53,568 bases of DNA from Chloroflexota bacterium (GTDB taxonomy: Bacteria > Chloroflexota > Limnocylindria > Limnocylindrales > CSP1-4), in NCBI GenBank assembly GCA_030447745.1, contig JAUJOH010000003.1, forward strand, positions 118,143 through 171,710, given 5' to 3'. Both the position numbers and the translations under genes were made by a program. Shown here piece by piece: positions 48,301-53,568 of the stretch (positions are counted from its first letter, which is position 1; every line of letters begins with the position of its first letter). The notes beneath the pieces are model-generated. The model ran no database searches. It was not told where the DNA came from and saw only the letters and a list, made by a program, of their open reading frames with translations.

Positions 48301-49044
48301 TCAGCTGCGCTCGTCGCGCTGACGAGTGGCCGGTTTCTTGACCGCCCGGATGAACAGGAACCACGGGCGCCGGGTCATCTGTTCGTACAGCCCCGGGGAG
48401 TCGGCGAACGCCTCTGGATCGGGGATCGGCTCCGGGATCCGCTCGACGAGGAAACCTGCCTCGGCCAGGGCATCGACGATCGCGCTCAACGGCCGATGGT
48501 AGAAGCGCACCTCGAAGTCGCGGCCACCCTTGCGCCACGTGTCGGTCAGCAGTGTCGTCTCGAAGTACGGCGCAGGCGGTTCGGAGATCTCGACGTCCTG
48601 GATCGGGTGATGGGTCGAGATCAGCAACGAGCCGTCGGCTCGCAGGACCCGGTGGAACTCGCGCAGCGCGGGCGCCCAGTCAGCGAGGTAGTGCAGGACC
48701 AGCGACGCGCTCACAACATCGAACCACGCGCGAGCCAGGAAGGGCATCGCCGCCGAGATGTCCGCCACGTGGAAGTCGGCACGACCGCCGAGGCGCTCGC
48801 GCGCCCGCTGCACGAGCCGCGCGTTCACGTCGATCCCGACCACCGAGGCTCCGCGCGCAACGAAGGCCTCCGACAGCGCACCCGCCGCACAACCCACGTC
48901 GAGCACGCGCCCACCCTCGACGTCGCCGGCCATCGCGAGCATCGCCGGCCGCTCGTAGGACACGTTCATGGGGTGGCGGTCGGCGTCGTCGGCGTAGATG
49001 TCGGCCATCTGGTCGTAGTCGACCTGGACCCGTTGCGCATCCAT
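48301..49044 (-). CDS. Class I SAM-dependent methyltransferase
   Basis: YERPAM, VLDVGCAAG, FDVVSASLVLHY, E..RVL..DG.L..S.HHP. Confidence 0.93.
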   Translation of the reverse strand: MDAQRVQVDYDQMADIYADDADRHPMNVSYERPAMLAMAGDVEGGRVLDVGCAAGALSEAFVARGASVVGIDVNARLVQRARERLGGRADFHVADISAAMPFLARAWFDVVSASLVLHYLADWAPALREFHRVLRADGSLLISTHHPIQDVEISEPPAPYFETTLLTDTWRKGGRDFEVRFYHRPLSAIVDALAEAGFLVERIPEPIPDPEAFADSPGLYEQMTRRPWFLFIRAVKKPATRQRDERS

Positions 49045-49239
49045 GTTCGCGCGAAGGATGCCGGAATCGAGAGCTCGACAGCGCCGAACAATTGCTCCCT
49101 GCCTTTCCCTCCGACTGGGACGACGACGCCGGATGGTCGACGTTCGCGTGGGAGCCAGGGGTTGCGACGACCGGCCGCGCCGGCGTATCGTCGGCCCGAT
49201 CGCCCGTCCCGAGGCGCAGGAGAAAGGAGGCGCGAACCG

Positions 49240-49290
49240 ATGAACGTCGCGACCGCTGCCCCCGCTCCCGTGCCGCGCCGCCTGGGATAG
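49240..49290 (+). CDS. Candidate 16-aa leader peptide (MNVATAAPAPVPRRLG)
   Basis: Strong SD AAGGAGG upstream of the ATG at 49240; precedes a hairpin and the RIO1 gene. Confidence 0.4.
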   Translation: MNVATAAPAPVPRRLG

Positions 49291-49359
49291 CCGTCTAGCC
49301 ATTCCGCCCACGACTCCGGCCGCCGGGAGCGTCCACGCCCCGACCCCGCACCGGAGTCT

Positions 49360-50131
49360 GTGCCTTGCCCCGACCATCGCGGTCGGCCGGCCGGCCCCGG
49401 ACTGGCTCATCGACGAGCCGTTCGAGGACTGGCCGGCCGGCATTCTCAAGTCCGGAAAGGAGGCCGAAGTCTTCCTGGTCGAGCGCCGCTACGCAGCGCT
49501 GACGCGCCTCCTCGTCCACAAGCGGTTCCGACCGCGCCAGCCGAAGCCGGGCGAGCTCCGCGAGCTCGGCTTGTCGCAGCGGACGACCTATCGCAACAGC
49601 GCCGTGTACCGCGAAGGTTGGTACCTCAACGCACGCGATCAGCGCGCGGTGTCGCGCGGCTCGCCGCACGGCCATCAAGTCGTGGCGGGCAACTGGTCAG
49701 TCAACGAGTTCGAGATGCTCCGGAGGGCATGGCGGGCAGGCGCAAACGTCCCGTACCCGGTCGAGCGCACGGACGACGGCGTGCTGATGGAGTACGTCGG
49801 GGACGCGTCGCGGGCGGCGCCGCGCCTCGTCAACGCTGGCCTCTCGGGGGACGCGCTCCACGCCGCGCGCGATCAGCTCCTCGACAACGTCGCCCAGCTC
49901 ACCGGCGCACAGATCGTCCACGCCGACCTGTCCGTGTACAACCTCCTGTGGTGGGATGGTCGTCTCGTGCTGATCGACTTCCCGCAGGCCGTCGACGCGA
50001 CAACCAACCCGTCCGCCGCGGAGTTGCTCTACCGCGACCTCTCGAACGTCGCCGACTGGTTCGGCCGGCGCGGGGCGAGGATCGACGTCGAGACCGCGTT
50101 CGCCGAGCTGGTCGTTGACCTCGTGTACTGA
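49360..50131 (+). CDS. RIO1-family atypical Ser/Thr kinase/ATPase (start uncertain)
   Basis: LKSGKEAEVF, HKRFR, VPYP, LMEY.G, VHADLS.YN.L, IDFPQ. No in-frame standard start, so CTG at 49358 or GTG at 49360 with a frameshift. Confidence 0.88.
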
Positions 50132-50196
50132 CGCTCGTCAGTACGACGCCAATGGAACGACCAGAGAGGCGAGCAGCCGGCCGCTCATCGGTCAGT

Positions 50197-50589
50197 TCAG
50201 GAACGGCTGAGCTCGAAGTCGAACGGCCCGTCCTGGGTGATGAACTCGAGGCACTCCTGATCGGGCGTGGCCGCGCTGATGTGGTCCACACCGGCCGGCA
50301 TCAGCAGGGAGTCTCCTGGCCGCATGACCGGGGCCGCGGCGCGCTCCTCGCCCTCCGTCCAGTGAACCGAGGCTCCGGCGATGATGACGACGCGCTCGTC
50401 GCGAGAGTGCCGGTGCATTGGTGATTCAAAACCCGCGGGCACCCGCAGCAACGCGCCGTATGCGCCGCTCATCGGGTCGCCCCACAGTGCCGCCATGTGC
50501 GGCCCTGCCGGGTTCCCGGGATCGAGCGCACGCCACTCGACGTCCTCGAGGTTGAGCGTCGCCGGCGCACTCACACGGCTGTCACTCAT
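50197..50589 (-). CDS. Cupin-like (DUF4437-type) protein
   Basis: LWGDP..G.YG.LL..PAGF..P.H.HS, G......P.G..H. Confidence 0.8.
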   Translation of the reverse strand: MSDSRVSAPATLNLEDVEWRALDPGNPAGPHMAALWGDPMSGAYGALLRVPAGFESPMHRHSRDERVVIIAGASVHWTEGEERAAAPVMRPGDSLLMPAGVDHISAATPDQECLEFITQDGPFDFELSRS

Positions 50590-50998
50590 TGCTGGCACCG
50601 ACCTTCCGCGACTCCACGTCGCGCGCGTTGCGCTGGGTGGTTGTCTGATCCAGGCCCCAGCCGACGATCCGCTCGGGATGGATGCGGATCACCGGCTCCG
50701 GGCCGTCGATCGCCTCGGCCCGGCCGCGGACCTCGATGCCTCGCGGGGTCCAGGGCGGCAGGACGTCGTCGGCGACGAGAGCTGCACGCCCGGTGCGGAG
50801 GACGTCGCGCCACTTCTTGGTGGCGGTCAGGTCGCGCCCAAGCGTGTCGATGGCGCCGCTCGCCTCGTCGAGCCGGTACATGCCGACCGGCATGACGTGC
50901 GGGGTCCCGTCCCCACCGACCGTCGCCAGTCGCGCCATCGGATGGACGTCCCGGAGATAGGCCGTCTCTGCATCGGTGAATGCGTTCATCCGGTTCAT
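50582..50998 (-). CDS. PPOX-class F420-dependent oxidoreductase
   Basis: FTDAE.AYL, RLATVG.DG.PHV.PV, DDVLPPW.PRGIEVRGRAE, IRIHP.RIV.WG. Confidence 0.9.
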   Translation of the reverse strand: MNRMNAFTDAETAYLRDVHPMARLATVGGDGTPHVMPVGMYRLDEASGAIDTLGRDLTATKKWRDVLRTGRAALVADDVLPPWTPRGIEVRGRAEAIDGPEPVIRIHPERIVGWGLDQTTTQRNARDVESRKVGASNE

Positions 50999-51076
50999 CG
51001 CCTCTTTCTGTGCATCCAGAACACTTGCATAGACAACTGTACCGACGACACAACCGGCCTGTCAACCTCTGTTAGG

Positions 51077-51556
51077 ATGCCCACCGCGATGCGCCGAGAA
51101 CAACGCACCATGGAGACCTGGGCCACGTTGCACCGGGCCCACGCGCGAGTGATGGCCGAGCTCAGCCGCCGCCTGGAGCGCGAGCGCGGGGTATCGGTGC
51201 TCGAGCACGGCAGCCTCTACGAGCTCAACAGCGCGCCTGGCCGTCACCTGCGGATGGCTGATCTTGCCGAGCGGCTCGGCCTGAGCCCGTCGGCCACCAC
51301 GCGCCTCGCCGACCGCCTCGAGGAACGCGGCTGGGTTCGCCGCGAGTCACCGCCGGGCAATCGCCGCACGATCAACGTAGTCATCACCATGGATGGGCGT
51401 CGCGCGTACGTCCGCAACAACCGCGCCTTCAGCGCGGCGGTCGAGCGGGCCCTCAGCGCGCGGCTCTCCGATGACGAGATGGCGACGCTCGTCGCCCTGC
51501 TCGGGCGGCTGTGCGCCGAGCAGGTGTCCCTCCGAGGCTCGAAGCCTGGCAGCTGA
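51077..51556 (+). CDS. MarR family transcriptional regulator
   Basis: LRMADLA..LGLSPS.TTRL.DRLE..GWV.R...NRR.....T..G. Confidence 0.92.
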   Translation: MPTAMRREQRTMETWATLHRAHARVMAELSRRLERERGVSVLEHGSLYELNSAPGRHLRMADLAERLGLSPSATTRLADRLEERGWVRRESPPGNRRTINVVITMDGRRAYVRNNRAFSAAVERALSARLSDDEMATLVALLGRLCAEQVSLRGSKPGS

Positions 51557-51924
51557 GCGACCAGCGCGACTGGCGGCCGGCGTGGCCGAGACCGAGCCCG
51601 TGAGCCGATGACCACGGCCTGTACGGATGAACCGTCGCGCGTGCGCAGTGCAGCCGGCAGCGTCTAAGGTTGCCGTCGCTTCAGCCTGGGGCTGGCCGTG
51701 ACGCGATCAGGGGTCTCCGGCCAAGTTCACGACCCGGCTTGACGAGGATTGATCGCCATGTCCCGCCCTGCCCGGATCGTCCTGATCGCACTTGGCAGCC
51801 TCCTCGCCCTCGTCCTCGCGGCATTCGTCGGCCTGTCGCGTTGACGCGGGGAACGGCAGACTGATCCGACACGCTCGCAGACATGCCGGACGGGGAGGCG
51901 TGACGACGCGACGAGGAGACACCG

Positions 51925-52548
51925 ATGACGCTCGACCGGACATCGAATCGAGGAACGGCTGCCCTGGCCGTGCTGTTCGCGCTTGCCCTGCTGTTCGCGC
52001 TGGCCGCGTGCCAGCCCGCGCAACAGCCAGCCACTGGTTCGAGCGCACCGGTCCAGCCCTACGCGGGGCACCAGGATCGTGAGGTCAAGGCGCTCGCGCC
52101 GGACGTGGTCGATGACCTCCTTGCCGGACGCGGCGCCGGCTACGCGCTGGCCGCGGAGTTGAACCACTACCCCGGTCCGACGCACGCCCTCGAGCTGGCC
52201 GATGAGCTGGGGCTGAGTGGCGAACAGCGCGACGCCATCAGCGCGGTCAAGGCAGCGATGACGGAGGAGGCGCGGCGCCTCGGTGCCGAGCTGGTGGAGG
52301 GCGAGGCGAAGCTCGACGCGGCGTTCGCCGCGGGCGAGATCGACGACCAGGATCTCCGGGGAATGACGGGGACCATCGCCGAGGTCGAGGGCCGGCTACG
52401 CGCGACGCACCTGGCGGCTCACATCGAGACGCGGGCCTTGCTCTCCGAGGCGCAGGTGGTGCGCTACGACGAGCTCCGGGGATACGGCGCGTCAGATGTG
52501 CCCGCATCCCACGGCGGCGGGCACCAGGGCGGGGAGGATGGCGATTGA
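51925..52548 (+). CDS. Spy/CpxP-like lipoprotein
   Basis: Lipobox LAAC, PYAG...R.VKAL...L.GRG.G.A..AELN.YPGP.H.L, L..EQ...Y..LRGY, His-containing tail. Confidence 0.85.
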   Translation: MTLDRTSNRGTAALAVLFALALLFALAACQPAQQPATGSSAPVQPYAGHQDREVKALAPDVVDDLLAGRGAGYALAAELNHYPGPTHALELADELGLSGEQRDAISAVKAAMTEEARRLGAELVEGEAKLDAAFAAGEIDDQDLRGMTGTIAEVEGRLRATHLAAHIETRALLSEAQVVRYDELRGYGASDVPASHGGGHQGGEDGD

Positions 52549-52555
52549 GGCCGAC

Positions 52556-53293
52556 ATGATCGCGCCGACCGACATTGCGCGACTCCATCTCGGGCATTTC
52601 ACGATGCCGGAGGACACGGCAACGCCCGGGGCTCGGGTCGTCGTCGACGCGTTCCTCATCCGCCATCCGCGGGGCGTCCTGCTGTTCGACACGGGCATCG
52701 GCAGCCATCCGGACGCCGACGCCAGGTACCAGCCGGTGCGTCGAACCCTCGAGGAGGCGCTCGGAGAACACGGCCTTGCGGTTGGCGACGTGGACATCGT
52801 CGCGAACAGTCACCTGCATGTCGACCATGGCGGCGGGAACCACCGTTTTGCGCGCGTCCCGATCTTTGCCCAGCGCGTCGAGCACGAATCGGCGCAACGG
52901 GACGACTACACCGCACCCGAGCAGGTGGCTGACTTTCCAGGAGCGACCTTCGAGCTGCTCGACGGGGAAGCCGAAGTCCTGCCCGGCGTCACGGTCGTGC
53001 CGACGCCCGGTCACGTCCCGGGCCACCAGTCGCTCGTCGTCGAGACGAAGCGCGGCCGAGTCGTGTTGGCCGGCCAGGCCATGAAGAGCGCCAGCGATTT
53101 CGCGACCGCTCATTACTCGGGCCAGCTGGACCGGCGCGGTGAACCGCACGGCCCCTACCCGGACTGGATCAGCGTGCTCGACCGGTTCGACCCATGGCGG
53201 GTGCTGTTCGCCCACGACCTCGCCGTGTGGGAGCGACCAGACAGCCCAGCCAGGGTTCCATCGACCGACATCATCGCTCCACCTCATCGTTGA
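52556..53293 (+). CDS. N-acyl homoserine lactonase-like MBL-fold hydrolase
   Basis: LFDTG, SHLHVDHGGG (HxHxDH), TPGH.PGHQS, FAHD; alternative ATG at 52538. Confidence 0.9.
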   Translation: MIAPTDIARLHLGHFTMPEDTATPGARVVVDAFLIRHPRGVLLFDTGIGSHPDADARYQPVRRTLEEALGEHGLAVGDVDIVANSHLHVDHGGGNHRFARVPIFAQRVEHESAQRDDYTAPEQVADFPGATFELLDGEAEVLPGVTVVPTPGHVPGHQSLVVETKRGRVVLAGQAMKSASDFATAHYSGQLDRRGEPHGPYPDWISVLDRFDPWRVLFAHDLAVWERPDSPARVPSTDIIAPPHR

Positions 53294-53568
53294 GCGCGGC
53301 GCGCGGCGACCCCGACGCCGGCCGGACGGTCCCCCAGAAGAACGGTCCCGCCGCCCGACTCCGGTGAACGCTCCTCGTGCCGCAGCCCGGCGGCGGGGAT
53401 GGCTGTGTAGCGAGTGCACGTACGGCGGCGCGCCTGCGGCCGTAACGTCGCGCCGCGTCCGCCCGCGCGTGTTACGGACCCGCAACACGGCAGCCGACGC
53501 GTGTAGGCAGGCGGCGGACCCGGCGGCAGGACCCTCGTCGTGGCCGCCCGGCAACGGGGCGCCGTGAC

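Noticed and set aside
53430-53500. Short inverted repeat CCGTAAC/GTTACGG
   Set aside because: Single 7-bp match with no second copy or associated element in the window.
1-53568. CRISPR arrays, tRNA, rRNA, intact transposases or integrases
   Set aside because: No regularly spaced repeats, cloverleaf or rRNA signatures, or full-length mobile-element genes were seen.

Overview
High-GC (about 70%) bacterial DNA, probably a long-read metagenome assembly, since many otherwise intact genes carry single-base frameshifts and about 24.4-26.1 kb is badly garbled. The long Pro/Ser/Ala-linker lipoproteins are suggestive of Chloroflexota or Actinomycetota (inference only). Bases 1 to about 35.8 kb form one catabolic island. 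It holds two sugar (CUT2) ABC systems with three binding proteins, six intact or frameshifted SDRs, a Zn-alcohol dehydrogenase, an aldo-keto reductase, a D-apionate-lactonase-like protein plus two other lactonase folds, and two L-rhamnose-mutarotase-family genes (one double-domain). It also holds an atypical L-arabinose/fucose isomerase-like protein, two tandem cytochromes P450, a muconolactone isomerase, and a stand-alone lipoyl carrier with a split E2, ceramidase-like, CitE-like and MaoC module. Two paralogous uncharacterised Cys-motif proteins (HD...EAMRxH...DPCGSG...YCAHC) sit inside it. Seven copies of a LacI-type operator (TGGAAACGNNNNCA-like) in the promoter regions tie these units into one regulon, but the only lacI-like sequence present is an internally deleted relic. 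The best hypothesis is an undescribed pathway for rare branched or O-methylated sugars or their lactones. The rest (36-53.5 kb) is a mosaic of accessory genes (cupins, pirin, ECF sigma/anti-sigma, methyltransferases, serine hydrolase, FAD monooxygenase/MarR, RIO1 kinase with a candidate leader-peptide attenuator, F420 PPOX protein, AHL-lactonase-like protein) and gene relics. No rRNA, tRNA or CRISPR array was seen.
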